Position numbers and translations under genes: made by a program
Source: Myxococcota bacterium
GTDB lineage: Bacteria > Myxococcota > XYA12-FULL-58-9 > JALHOP01
Length of the DNA: 64,000 bases
Direction of reading: 5' to 3'
Assembly: GCA_022842935.1 (NCBI GenBank)
Contig: JALHOP010000007.1
Location: 77,592 to 141,591, forward strand
The notes under the pieces: generated by a model
The model's input: only the letters and a program-made list of their open reading frames with translations
Database searches by the model: none
Told to the model about the DNA's origin: nothing
Shown here: positions 39,706-49,212 of the stretch, in pieces
Position numbering within the stretch: position 1 is the stretch's first letter
Layout of the letters: every line of letters starts with the position of its first letter

Positions 39706-40413
39706 ATGCTTGAGCAGACGACAAATGCCGTGAGCGGCTGGAAAGACTTCCCGGTTTCGCGGCAAATCAAAGACGCCATCAGCGGACGCGATAAGGTCTC
39801 GTCGTCGAGTGATGACGTGCCCGCCGCGGAGCGTTGGCTCGCGTCCGCTCTAGCGTCCATGGGGTTCCGCAGCCAAGGCGCGGGCGTCGACGTCCTGTAT
39901 TTCCCCGCGACCAAGCAATCCAGCGCAACGCTTCGGTTTCACACTGAAGTCGCCGGTCCCGTTCAGGTCACCATCGACAACGTCGACCTGCGCCGCGGCA
40001 AGCTCAGCTTGAACGCCTACGATACGACCACGAAGCTCGCGTTGGCCTTCGTGGAGCGGGTCGTCGAACGGGTCATGAACGATACCAACGGGGCCAAGCA
40101 GGCCTTCACCATCAGCCTTCGTCCGATGGGCCACTACCCCGATATGTCCGTCGCATTCTTCGCGCAGTCGTTGAACAAGCAGTTCGACTACGTCTTCGAC
40201 GATCGATCGAGCTCTGGCACGGCGAACGCCAACTGGAACGGCGTCCTCGCTGTGACGCGCGGCGGCAAGCTCGTCGACGAAGCCAGCATCTTGAAGCAGG
40301 TCCAGGGTTTCGTGGCGGAAGTGCTGAAAAAAGATGCCGCGATCACCAAGCGGCGGACCGTCAACGCGCTGTGGGGCTACACCATGAGCGACGCGGTCGA
40401 GCCCAAGAAATAG
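39706..40413 (+). CDS. Hypothetical protein
   Basis: GGAG RBS; no signal peptide or recognised motif. Confidence 0.75.
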   Translation: MLEQTTNAVSGWKDFPVSRQIKDAISGRDKVSSSSDDVPAAERWLASALASMGFRSQGAGVDVLYFPATKQSSATLRFHTEVAGPVQVTIDNVDLRRGKLSLNAYDTTTKLALAFVERVVERVMNDTNGAKQAFTISLRPMGHYPDMSVAFFAQSLNKQFDYVFDDRSSSGTANANWNGVLAVTRGGKLVDEASILKQVQGFVAEVLKKDAAITKRRTVNALWGYTMSDAVEPKK

Positions 40414-40486
40414 CCTCGATGAATACCCCCGCCCTGGGCGTCCGTCTTTGACGCTACGTTTTCGAGCTTTGAGACGGCTCTCGACC

Positions 40487-41407
40487 TTAGTCGGCTTCTA
40501 CATAGCCCTGCTTGAGCAGCTTGTGCACGTCCATGATGACCGCGTGGTCGGACCGCGGGTCCTTGTCGAGCACGTCTTGGTAGTGGTCGAAGTTCATGAT
40601 CGACTGCAGCGTGTCGAGCTCGCTCTTTGACAGGTCGGAGAGCCGCGGCATCATCGGAATGCTGACAATGAGCTTCGCTTCGCCCGCCGGCAGGTCTTTC
40701 TGGATGCGGCGGATCTCGTCGACCTGGCGTAGCGCTTCGATGAGCACGCTCTCGGTGTTCTCGGTGAAGTTCTCCGGGAACCGCATGCTCTCGTCGATAG
40801 GCTCGAGCTGGAACGAGCCGGCGCTCCACGTCATCATGCGCGCGATCGCCTTCATCGCTGGCAATGAGAGGCCCTTGATGACGGCAGACTGAAGCTGACC
40901 GTTCTTGATGTAAATCTGCCCGTTGTTCGGCCCCTTGATGGTCAAGGCGCCGGACTTGCGGTTGGTGGCGAACAGCTGCAGCAAGTCGGGCAGCGGCACC
41001 TCTTGCAGGTCGCCACTCATGGTCGTCGACTCGCCCGCGCGGTTGCCCAGAGCCTGCATCATGTCTTTGACGGACTTGGTGTCGCGGCGCCCCATGTCGA
41101 GCGTCATCTCGGATTCATCGATGAGCTTGAGGATCGACGTGCCGATGAGGATGCGGTCGTTGCGTTTGAGCTCGGCGCGGCGGATTTTTTCGCCGTTTAC
41201 GAAGGTGCCGTTGGTCGAGCCGAGGTCGGTGATCGACAGTTGGCCGCTTGCGACCGTGAGCTTTGCGTGTTTGCGCGACACCATGTCTTCGACGAGCACG
41301 AGGTCGAGGTCGCTTGCGCGCCCGATGAGCAACTCACCGTCATCGGGGATTGGAAACTCTCCGCCTACATATTTGCCGGAGATGAACTTGAAGGCGTTTT
41401 TACCCAT
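40487..41407 (-). CDS. FHA + DUF4388 (PatA-N-like) signalling protein
   Basis: IGR...VSRKHA...DLGSTNGTFVNG; GDLQEVPLPDLLQ...KSGAL. Confidence 0.9.
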   Translation of the reverse strand: MGKNAFKFISGKYVGGEFPIPDDGELLIGRASDLDLVLVEDMVSRKHAKLTVASGQLSITDLGSTNGTFVNGEKIRRAELKRNDRILIGTSILKLIDESEMTLDMGRRDTKSVKDMMQALGNRAGESTTMSGDLQEVPLPDLLQLFATNRKSGALTIKGPNNGQIYIKNGQLQSAVIKGLSLPAMKAIARMMTWSAGSFQLEPIDESMRFPENFTENTESVLIEALRQVDEIRRIQKDLPAGEAKLIVSIPMMPRLSDLSKSELDTLQSIMNFDHYQDVLDKDPRSDHAVIMDVHKLLKQGYVEAD

Positions 41408-41431
41408 GATCGATCGCGTGCCGTCCTAACC

Positions 41432-42136
41432 CTACGTGCTCGCCGGCACCAGCTTCAAGTACATTGCTGCGCGAGCATTACCGGGTTCTTTGGCCAGCAC
41501 TTCCTTCCATTCGGCGATGGCTTCGGGGAGCTTACCCATCGAGTAGTGGCACACGCCCAGGAGCACGCGTGCCGGAGTGTACGCCGGCCGGTCGACCAGC
41601 GCTTGTTGCAGGTGTGCCACGGCGTCGTTCATTTGTCCGGTATCGCGGAGCGCCGAGGCGAGCCGCGTGCGGATGTCGGCGAAGGTCGGACGCAGCTCGA
41701 TGGCCTTGTGGTATTCCATGATGCCGCGCTCGGGATGGCCAGCAGAGCAATAGGCGTCCGCGATCTCGGCATGCATGTTGGCGATCTTGCCCGCGACGAA
41801 CGGGTCGAGCTCGCCGGTCTGAACACGGCTGTTAACCAGCGCCTTTTTGTAGATGTCTTTCGCCTCGTTGTACTTGCCGAGGTCGTTGTAGAGGACCGCG
41901 AGGTTCAGGGCCGCTTCAGTGTAAGCTGGGTTGAGCGCCAGGGCGCGTTCGAGCGCACCTTGCGCTTTCGAGAACTGGCCCATGTCGTGATAGACGACGC
42001 CGAGCATGTTGTAGACGTCGGCGAAGCTCTGGCTCTTTTCGACGACCTGCTCGAGGTAGGCGCGCGCTCCCGGGAAGTCGCGCTTCAGGTAGTACTCTTT
42101 GCCGAGGTTGAGCAGTTGGCGGAGCTGTTCGTCCAT
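41432..42136 (-). CDS. TPR-repeat protein
   Basis: Tandem TPR motifs ([21 protein letters not shown]). Confidence 0.9.
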   Translation of the reverse strand: MDEQLRQLLNLGKEYYLKRDFPGARAYLEQVVEKSQSFADVYNMLGVVYHDMGQFSKAQGALERALALNPAYTEAALNLAVLYNDLGKYNEAKDIYKKALVNSRVQTGELDPFVAGKIANMHAEIADAYCSAGHPERGIMEYHKAIELRPTFADIRTRLASALRDTGQMNDAVAHLQQALVDRPAYTPARVLLGVCHYSMGKLPEAIAEWKEVLAKEPGNARAAMYLKLVPAST

Positions 42137-42220
42137 GGATTGACCTATGGTCGTCTCAACCCGAGTACCGGTCAACTATTCGCGTCGATTTGCTGCGCTG
42201 TCGACCGCGTAGCCGCGAAT

Positions 42221-43135
42221 CTATCGCGGCGGGTTCGCGCGGGGGGGCTGGTTGCCGGTGGCCGTCGCCGATGGCGCAGGATTGGCCACATCGCTCCCAG
42301 CTGGGCTCTTGGCACTGGCTTGGTCGGTAGCCTTGTCGTCGAGCTTGCTCTTGTTCATCTCCTCTAAAACGGACTTGGCCTTGCCGGCCTCGGGCGAGTC
42401 GGCGAATTCGGTTTCGAGCTTGGTCAAGTGGACACGGGCCTCCACCAGCTCTTTGGTGAAGTAGCGCGAGTTACCAGCGATCCAGAGCGCTTCGGGGTCG
42501 AGACCGAGGCCGTTGTAGTCGCGCAACACACCCTCGGCACGCACGGCCGAAGCCATCCACTTCTCGCGCTTGAAGTAGAAGCGGGCGACGTACATTTCGT
42601 GGTCGGCGAGCTTCTTGCGGCACTGATTGAGCTTGTCCTGCGCTTTCTCCGCATACTCGGAGGTGGGATACCGCGCGAGCATGTCCCGGAACGCCGAGAT
42701 CGCGAGCTTGGTCTGGGCCTGGTCCTTTTCGGCGGAGGGCGGCAAAAAGAAAAAGTCGCCCGGGATTTGCTGCTGGTAGGCGTCGGCGATGCGGAACATG
42801 GCGTAGGGCGCTTCCGAGTGCGTCGGATGGTACTTCAGGAAGTTCCGGTAGGCATCGACCGCCTCTACGTACGCCTGCCGCTCGAAGTGCACGTCGGCGA
42901 TGCGCAGGTCGGAGAGCGCCGCGTACTTCGAATAGGGGAAGCGGGCCTTGATGGTCTCGAAGGCGTCGAGCGCCTCGGGATAGAGCCCGTCTTTCAGGTC
43001 GGTGACGGCCTGCGCGTACATATCGTCGACTGTCTTGACCGCGGCTCGGCCGCCCGTCGTGGCGCAGGAAAGTGGAGCCAGGAGGAGGAAAAAGCTCGCG
43101 ACCTGCAGGGCTCGCGGAAAAAAGATGCGTCGCAT
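42221..43135 (-). CDS. bamD: Outer membrane protein assembly factor BamD
   Basis: Lipobox PLSC; FPYSKYA, YHPTH, KDQ, LADHEMYVARFY. Confidence 0.92.
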   Translation of the reverse strand: MRRIFFPRALQVASFFLLLAPLSCATTGGRAAVKTVDDMYAQAVTDLKDGLYPEALDAFETIKARFPYSKYAALSDLRIADVHFERQAYVEAVDAYRNFLKYHPTHSEAPYAMFRIADAYQQQIPGDFFFLPPSAEKDQAQTKLAISAFRDMLARYPTSEYAEKAQDKLNQCRKKLADHEMYVARFYFKREKWMASAVRAEGVLRDYNGLGLDPEALWIAGNSRYFTKELVEARVHLTKLETEFADSPEAGKAKSVLEEMNKSKLDDKATDQASAKSPAGSDVANPAPSATATGNQPPRANPPR

Positions 43136-43211
43136 GTGGGACCTTCGGATACGATAGCATGCGTTCAAGATTCTTGAACAGCACGCCGACTTCGGAGAGA
43201 ACACCAACCCT

Positions 43212-45653
43212 ATGGCACGTGACATCCACGAGCTTGAGGTCGAGTTCGCTAAGAACCCGAACCTCGACGCGTGCATACCTCTTTGCGAGGCCTACCTCGG
43301 CGCCAAGCGCTTCATGGAAGCGATGGTCGTCTGCAAGAAGGGCATCAAGACTGCCCCGGACGACGTGCGTGGCCCAATCATGCTGGCCCGCATTTACCTC
43401 GAGCAGGGGAAAGCACCCAAGGCCGAGCAAGAGCTCGCGGGAGCCGTCCAGAAGTTCCCCAACAATCCGTTTCTCCTCGAGATCCAGGGACGGATGTTCC
43501 TGGAGCTGGGAAGGCGCGATGAGGGCATTCGCGCGCTCACCCAAGCGCTGACGGTCAACCCCAACCTCCCGCAAGCGCAAGCCATGTTGCGCCAGCTTGG
43601 CGTGCCGCTACCGCAGCAGCAGCCGGCAGCTCCGCCTCCCCAGGCGGCCCCGCCGCAGCAAGCGCCCGTGCAGCAGCAGCGACCGCCCCAGCAGGTCGCT
43701 CAGCAGGCCGCTCCTCAGCAGCAGCCAGCGCAGCAGCAACGTCCGCCCCAACAACAAGCGGCGCCGCCCGGTTTTCAGCCGCAGCAGATGCCGCCGCCGG
43801 TCCAGCAGCGTCCACCACAGGGAGCGCCGCCACCTCGTCCGGCCACCGGCCCCGCGCCTGGTCCGGGCCCGCAGCAGGCGGTGGCGCAAGCCCCGCAACA
43901 GGTCGCGCAGCCACAGCCTGCGCCGCCGATGCCGGTCTACTCCGACACGCCATCGCAGCCCGAGAAGCAGCTCGAGCACGTCAACGACTTCTTCGCCCCT
44001 GACACCCTGGGCTTCGCGAATGACTCGGCCATCGAGACGGCTGGCCCCGGCCGCCTGACCATCTTGGGCTTCGTTCCGAAGACGACGGGCTCCATCAAGA
44101 CGACCATCATGGTTGCGCTCGGCGTGCTCGCGGTGGCCATGGCTTGGATGGGCTACCAGTGGCACCACTCCACGCAAGAGAAGAAGCTTGCCGCGGTCAT
44201 CCGCGACGTGCGCGCGGCGATCGACGACGACACCTACGTGCGTTACCTCGAAGCGGCCAAACGCGGCGAAGATGCGATGAACATCGACGACGGGTCGCCG
44301 ATCGCGCTGTCCACTTTAGCGTACGCCAACGCAGTGCTTGCGGTCGATCACCAAATCCCAGAGGTCGTCGACAAGGCGCGCAACTATCTCGAGCGAGCCG
44401 ACAAGGCGGGCGGCGACGAGAGCGCGTATCGCATCGCGGCTCGCGCGCTGATGTCGTACTACGACAAGAGCTACGACGTCGGCATCTCGGCCGTGAAGAA
44501 GATGCAGGATCGCAACATCAACGATCCGAAGATCGAGGTCGAAGCCTTCCGCCTGTTGCTCGCCTCGAAGCCCTCCGACAAAGACACCCAGATCCAGGAG
44601 CGCCGCCTTCTCGGCATCGCCGCCGGTAGTGTCCGGGCCCAGAACTTCCTTGGCTGGTACTACTACATTCGCGACAACTGGGAAGGCGCGGACGCCAAGT
44701 TCGCGGGCGCTTTGCAGAGCAACCGCAATCACCCGCAGGCTCTCATTGGCAAGTCGCTCGTCGACCTCGACCGTGGCATCGGCTTGAAGGAGCGGCAGCT
44801 CGAGATCGAGGCGAACATCAAGAAGGTCTTCGCGCAGGAGGAAGACCTATCGCAGCCCATCAAGGCCCTAGCGTACTTCGCTCGCTCGCAGCTCTTGCAG
44901 TTCCAGAACAAACACGCCGAAGCGGACACCGACTTCAAGAAAGCGCAGCAGCTCGACCCCCAGAACCCCATCTTCGACTATCGCCGTGGCGTCTCGTTGC
45001 TCGCCTTGAAGAAGAACAGCGAAGCCCTCGACGCGCTCAAGCGAGCAGCCTCCAAGGCGCCGAACGACCCGCGCTACTTCAAGCGCTTGGCCGAGGCGCA
45101 ATCGGCTACCGGGGATGCAGCGGGTGCAAAAGCCTCTCTCGAGCGTGCGCAACAACTTGCGCCCAACGACTTCGAGGTCCGGCTCCTCGAGGGCACGCGT
45201 CTTCGCGCTCAGCGGCAATACGATGCCGCCATCGCCGCTTACGAAGGCATCCCGCGTGAGCTCGGCCCCGAGGCGTTTTCTCGGGCGCAGATGGGTATTT
45301 CGCAGGCGCTGCGCGAGTCGGGCCGCCCCGCCAAGGCCGTCAAGCAAATGATGGACTACCTGAGCAAGCTGCCGTCGGGTACGTCGAAGCCGCTGCTCGC
45401 TCAGAGCTGGTGCGAGCTTGGCCAGGCGCACGAGGCCAACAAGGACAACGATGGTGCGATGACGGCCTACCAGACCGGCATCGACGAATACATGTACGAT
45501 CCGAACTGCCACTACTTCTATTGCCGAGCCTTGGGTGGCGGCGGCGAGGCGAAGCAGCAGTGCGAGCTCTACGTGACGCTCGCTCCCAACGGCGAGCATG
45601 TCGCTGACGCCAAGCGACGCGCTAGCGGTGGCGGGAAGGCCCCCCAAGAGTAG
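43212..45653 (+). CDS. Bitopic TPR protein with a Pro/Gln-rich linker
   Basis: N-terminal TPRs, PQ-rich low-complexity region, one TM segment, C-terminal TPRs. Confidence 0.88.
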   Translation: MARDIHELEVEFAKNPNLDACIPLCEAYLGAKRFMEAMVVCKKGIKTAPDDVRGPIMLARIYLEQGKAPKAEQELAGAVQKFPNNPFLLEIQGRMFLELGRRDEGIRALTQALTVNPNLPQAQAMLRQLGVPLPQQQPAAPPPQAAPPQQAPVQQQRPPQQVAQQAAPQQQPAQQQRPPQQQAAPPGFQPQQMPPPVQQRPPQGAPPPRPATGPAPGPGPQQAVAQAPQQVAQPQPAPPMPVYSDTPSQPEKQLEHVNDFFAPDTLGFANDSAIETAGPGRLTILGFVPKTTGSIKTTIMVALGVLAVAMAWMGYQWHHSTQEKKLAAVIRDVRAAIDDDTYVRYLEAAKRGEDAMNIDDGSPIALSTLAYANAVLAVDHQIPEVVDKARNYLERADKAGGDESAYRIAARALMSYYDKSYDVGISAVKKMQDRNINDPKIEVEAFRLLLASKPSDKDTQIQERRLLGIAAGSVRAQNFLGWYYYIRDNWEGADAKFAGALQSNRNHPQALIGKSLVDLDRGIGLKERQLEIEANIKKVFAQEEDLSQPIKALAYFARSQLLQFQNKHAEADTDFKKAQQLDPQNPIFDYRRGVSLLALKKNSEALDALKRAASKAPNDPRYFKRLAEAQSATGDAAGAKASLERAQQLAPNDFEVRLLEGTRLRAQRQYDAAIAAYEGIPRELGPEAFSRAQMGISQALRESGRPAKAVKQMMDYLSKLPSGTSKPLLAQSWCELGQAHEANKDNDGAMTAYQTGIDEYMYDPNCHYFYCRALGGGGEAKQQCELYVTLAPNGEHVADAKRRASGGGKAPQE

Positions 45654-45698
45654 GCTCTTCGGGTGACCCGACGAGAGACCGCAAGCACGGGCTCTCTC

Positions 45699-46187
45699 TC
45701 AAGGTCCTGCGAATAGGCGTGCGAGCGTCGTCGATGGGTCGCGTCGTAGGGCCCTGTGGAAGAGCGCCGCGCCAGCTTGCCAGTCATCGCGCGCGCCATC
45801 GCTCGAGAGCCGCGCACTCGCGACACGTTCGAGAAACGCGAGGAGCGCGGCGACGACGACGGTGTCGTAGGGCTTCTGCGCTGTCTTGCAGGCGTCCCAG
45901 AACAAACCGTCCGCGTCTGGCTTGGCGTCGGCTCGATAGTCGCGGAAGCTGCGATGCACGATGAAGCTCTCATGTGCTTGCGAAAACAGCGCTGAGCCGT
46001 TGAAGGCTACCAGCGTAGGGCCCAAGACCGGCGCTCCGAAACCAGCCGATCCGCTAACGCGGATGCCACCGAATAGTCCCAGAAGTGGACGCGCGGTAGC
46101 GATGATGCGTCGTAGATCGCCGAGCCAGGCCTCGAACTCGGCTGCCGGGATATCCGCGGTGCGCGCCCAGGCGTGCGAGTAACCCAT
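45699..46187 (-). CDS. Hypothetical protein
   Basis: ORF directly downstream of mntR; no recognised motif. Confidence 0.65.
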   Translation of the reverse strand: MGYSHAWARTADIPAAEFEAWLGDLRRIIATARPLLGLFGGIRVSGSAGFGAPVLGPTLVAFNGSALFSQAHESFIVHRSFRDYRADAKPDADGLFWDACKTAQKPYDTVVVAALLAFLERVASARLSSDGARDDWQAGAALFHRALRRDPSTTLARLFAGP

Positions 46188-46193
46188 CGCTAC

Positions 46194-46661
46194 CTACCGC
46201 CGTCGGCTCTGCTTGCGGGTCATCGCCGCGAACACCGCGAGGGTCTCTTGACTTACGTGATGTTCGACTCCCTCTGCGTCGGTGTCCGCTGTAGCGGGTG
46301 ACACGCCAATGCTCACGAGAAAGTCGCGTACGATTCCGTGGCGAGCGCGCGAGCGAGCGGCGAGCGCGTGGCCCTTGTCGGTGAGGAAAATGGAGCGATA
46401 GCGCTTGGCGGTGACCAGCCCGTCGCGGGCGAGACGCCGGATGGTATTCGTGACGGTTGGCTGCGAGACGCCAAGGACCTGCGCGATGTGAACTGTGCGC
46501 GCCTCACCGTGCGCAGCAATGAGCTCGGCGATTAGCTCGACGTAGTCTTCGGCGACCTCTGTCTGACGGGCTTCGCGTGCGCGCACGTAGCGGTTCGGCA
46601 GAGAGCTGCCCTCCGAGCGCTTGCGCGGTTTGGCGGCTCTGCGCGGGCGGGGCGTGGTCAT
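46194..46661 (-). CDS. mntR: Manganese-dependent DtxR-family regulator MntR
   Basis: EDYVELI, LGVSQPTV, RYRSIFLT, DAEGVEHHVS. Confidence 0.92.
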   Translation of the reverse strand: MTTPRPRRAAKPRKRSEGSSLPNRYVRAREARQTEVAEDYVELIAELIAAHGEARTVHIAQVLGVSQPTVTNTIRRLARDGLVTAKRYRSIFLTDKGHALAARSRARHGIVRDFLVSIGVSPATADTDAEGVEHHVSQETLAVFAAMTRKQSRRR

Positions 46662-46834
46662 CGGCGGAAGAGAACCAGAGGGTGAGGGCAGCCGCAAGCG
46701 CGGGCGCTCTTGGCCTGCCCGCTTCATCGTCGTGGGCTCGTGAGACGACATAACTTTCACCTGCGTGCTTGGGCATCGTGCACCCGGCGCCACGCATCAC
46801 TCCGCTTGCTCAAGGGATTGAAAGTGAACGAAGC

Positions 46835-47173
46835 TCACGTGTCCCGCAGAATAGTCTCCGCTTGAGGATTGAAAATGTATTGTCCCTTTAGGGCACCAAC
46901 CCTCAGGTCTATCTGGTAGGCGCTCAACAGTTTTTCGCCACCATTGATGGCGTCGTGCAGTGACTGGAACGCGCGCGTCTCATCCAGTTCGTAGGTCTCG
47001 GACGCCATCTTCGTCTCAACAATGACATGCGCATGCATGAGGTATTCGTTACCAAGTTTCTGGAACGCAACGCTTATCCATTTTAGGCCGACTTCTGTAT
47101 TCAGCTGAATCGAGGCACCGACCTGTTTGCCGCGCTCGAGGCTCCGTACCGCTTCGGTCTGCATGTGAATCAT
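46835..47173 (-). CDS. Hypothetical protein, visibly lower GC than its flanks
   Basis: GAGG RBS; many A/T-ending codons. Confidence 0.65.
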   Translation of the reverse strand: MIHMQTEAVRSLERGKQVGASIQLNTEVGLKWISVAFQKLGNEYLMHAHVIVETKMASETYELDETRAFQSLHDAINGGEKLLSAYQIDLRVGALKGQYIFNPQAETILRDT

Positions 47174-47330
47174 CTCGGCATCCTCATGAGCACCTGGAGC
47201 GCGAGAGCTTTGCGTCGCGCATGTGTCGCGATGTTTCGGCCACGCTCAACGGCCTTACTGAACACGCGGTGGTTCGTACCGGCCCAGCATCACCATGTCG
47301 ATCAGCGAGCATGAAGATGCCCAACGGGAG

Positions 47331-47771
47331 CTAGCCGTCTCCGAACATTCCCTGGAAGGCGGCAACCATCTCCGCCTCGGGAACATCCCGGATACGCGTC
47401 GCGATGATCCAGTGGTGACCGAAGGGGTCGCGTACCCGTCCCGCGCGGTCGCCGTAGAACTGGTCGGCGAGCGCGTAGATCTGCGTTGCACCCGCGTCGA
47501 GCGCACGTGCGAAGGTCGCGTCGGCATCGGCCACGTGCAGGTCGAGGACCACCGAGGTCCCTCCGAGTGTTGCCGGGCTCATCGAACCGGTCGTTGGCAT
47601 CTCGTCTGCCAGCATCAGTCGGGTACCCTCGATCGCGATCTCGGCGTTCATGCAAACCCCGTCAGGCGCCACCAAGCGCGCACGAACCTCTTTCGCGCCG
47701 AACACGCGCTCGTACCAGGCGATCGCGTCGGCGGTAATCTTGAACTGCAAATAGGGTGTGATCCCGTGCAT
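47331..47771 (-). CDS. VOC/glyoxalase (PhnB-like) protein
   Basis: ITPYL, LMLADE, DQFYGDRAGRVRDPFGHHW. Confidence 0.92.
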   Translation of the reverse strand: MHGITPYLQFKITADAIAWYERVFGAKEVRARLVAPDGVCMNAEIAIEGTRLMLADEMPTTGSMSPATLGGTSVVLDLHVADADATFARALDAGATQIYALADQFYGDRAGRVRDPFGHHWIIATRIRDVPEAEMVAAFQGMFGDG

Positions 47772-47910
47772 CGCGTCTGCCCCTTCTCGTTAAACGGTCG
47801 ACCTCGGGCGCGGTTTCAAAAACGCGCGCGTCGATCGCTTCGCATCGAAACAATACCGGACTGTTCTCGGTATTCACGCTTGTTCGAGCCAACTTCCGCA
47901 ACGGCGTACG

Positions 47911-48390
47911 TCATTCTCTCTGCTTTCCACGATAGGCTGACTCGAGCGTGGCGATGTTGATCTTCTTCATCTGCATCATGGCGGACTGCGCTCGCCCCGC
48001 TGCTTCACGGTCTGGCCCGCCAAGCAAACGGGGCAAGGCCTCGGGGACTATTTGCCACGACACGCCCCAACGATCGGTCAGCCAACCGCAATTGCTCTCT
48101 GCTCCACCGTTGGCGATCAGTGCGGACCACAGGTCGTCGGTTTCGGCCTGGTCTTTGGTCAAGACGCTGATCGATGCAGCCGGCGAGAGTCTGTAGTGCG
48201 GGCCTGCGGTCAAGATCATCATCGGGGTCCCGTGCAGTATGAACTCGACGACCATGGGGTCGTCGGGTTTGCCGTGGGCGTAGACGGCGTCGATTGCGCT
48301 CCACGGCAAGAGCGATACGTAGAACTCTGCGGCTTGCAAACCACCTTTCTCAAACCACAGACAGGTTCGCACCTTGGACCGGTAGGCCAT
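47911..48390 (-). CDS. VOC-family protein (3-demethylubiquinone-9 3-methyltransferase-like)
   Basis: TCLWF, CGWLTDRWGVSWQIVP, MMQMKKINI. Confidence 0.92.
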   Translation of the reverse strand: MAYRSKVRTCLWFEKGGLQAAEFYVSLLPWSAIDAVYAHGKPDDPMVVEFILHGTPMMILTAGPHYRLSPAASISVLTKDQAETDDLWSALIANGGAESNCGWLTDRWGVSWQIVPEALPRLLGGPDREAAGRAQSAMMQMKKINIATLESAYRGKQRE

Positions 48391-48447
48391 CGGAAGCACT
48401 CCTTCGTGCGGTTCGTTCTGCGCAATGGACTTCATTCTCATCCCCTT

Positions 48448-49068
48448 TCAGCGCCTTGCGATTCTCTTCGGGCGGCTCCTGAACAACAGCTCGACGTAGC
48501 GGCGTAGGTGATCGATGCTCTCGATCGCCACGCTTACGTCGTTTTTGGCCTTCGCGAGGACAAACGCGCCTTGCAAGACGGCTTGCATGTGGGTCGCCAG
48601 GCCCTCGGCGCTCCAGTCGGCACTGACGTCGTGCTGCTTCATGGCCTGCGCGATGTCGTCCTCGAGCGTTCCTGCGTGTCCGAAGATGCTTGCGGCGCAG
48701 GCGTCCCGAATGTCGGGATGCTGCGCGTAGGTCTCTTGAACCATGGTGCCCACCACACAGGTGAACTCTGGTATGGCGCCTCGGAGTAGCGCGCGACGGA
48801 ACGCGATGTAGGCGAGCACGCGGTCGAGCGGGGCCTTCGGGGTGTGGTAGGGCGCGCGCTCGAAGATTGCGCTTGTGACCGCCGACCAATGCTCGGCGGC
48901 GGCGACACCGAGCTCGTTTTTACTCTTGAAGTAGTGAAAAAAAGCTCCCTTCGTTACGCTGGCGCGCGCGCAGAGGTCATCGACCGTCATCGCCGAGAAG
49001 CCCCTCTCGCGAATCAACGCTAGTGCCGCGTCGAGCAACTTCACTCTTGCGGCCTTCGGCTTCGCCAT
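48448..49068 (-). CDS. TetR/AcrR-family transcriptional regulator
   Basis: HTH TVDDLCARASVTKGAFFHYFKSK. Confidence 0.95.
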   Translation of the reverse strand: MAKPKAARVKLLDAALALIRERGFSAMTVDDLCARASVTKGAFFHYFKSKNELGVAAAEHWSAVTSAIFERAPYHTPKAPLDRVLAYIAFRRALLRGAIPEFTCVVGTMVQETYAQHPDIRDACAASIFGHAGTLEDDIAQAMKQHDVSADWSAEGLATHMQAVLQGAFVLAKAKNDVSVAIESIDHLRRYVELLFRSRPKRIARR

Positions 49069-49074
49069 GGAGAA

Positions 49075-49096
49075 ACATACCAACTGGTTGGTATGT
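49075..49096. promoter_or_regulatory. TetR operator palindrome ACATACCAAC-TG-GTTGGTATGT overlapping a TTGATT-N18-TATGTT promoter
   Basis: Perfect 10-bp inverted repeat 6 nt before the tetR ATG. Confidence 0.8.
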
Positions 49097-49212
49097 AAAT
49101 CAAGTGAACTGATGCGACTCCAGGCGGGCGCCGTGCTTTGGAGGCACGTCGCGAGTTTTGCGCCTGCGCTGCGGCAGGTCGTGTGAAGCGCAACCTCCGG
49201 CGCGAAACGTGA

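Noticed and set aside
43615-43970. CAG/CCG-rich repeats as a separate repeat element
   Set aside because: Explained by the Pro/Gln low-complexity linker of the TPR protein
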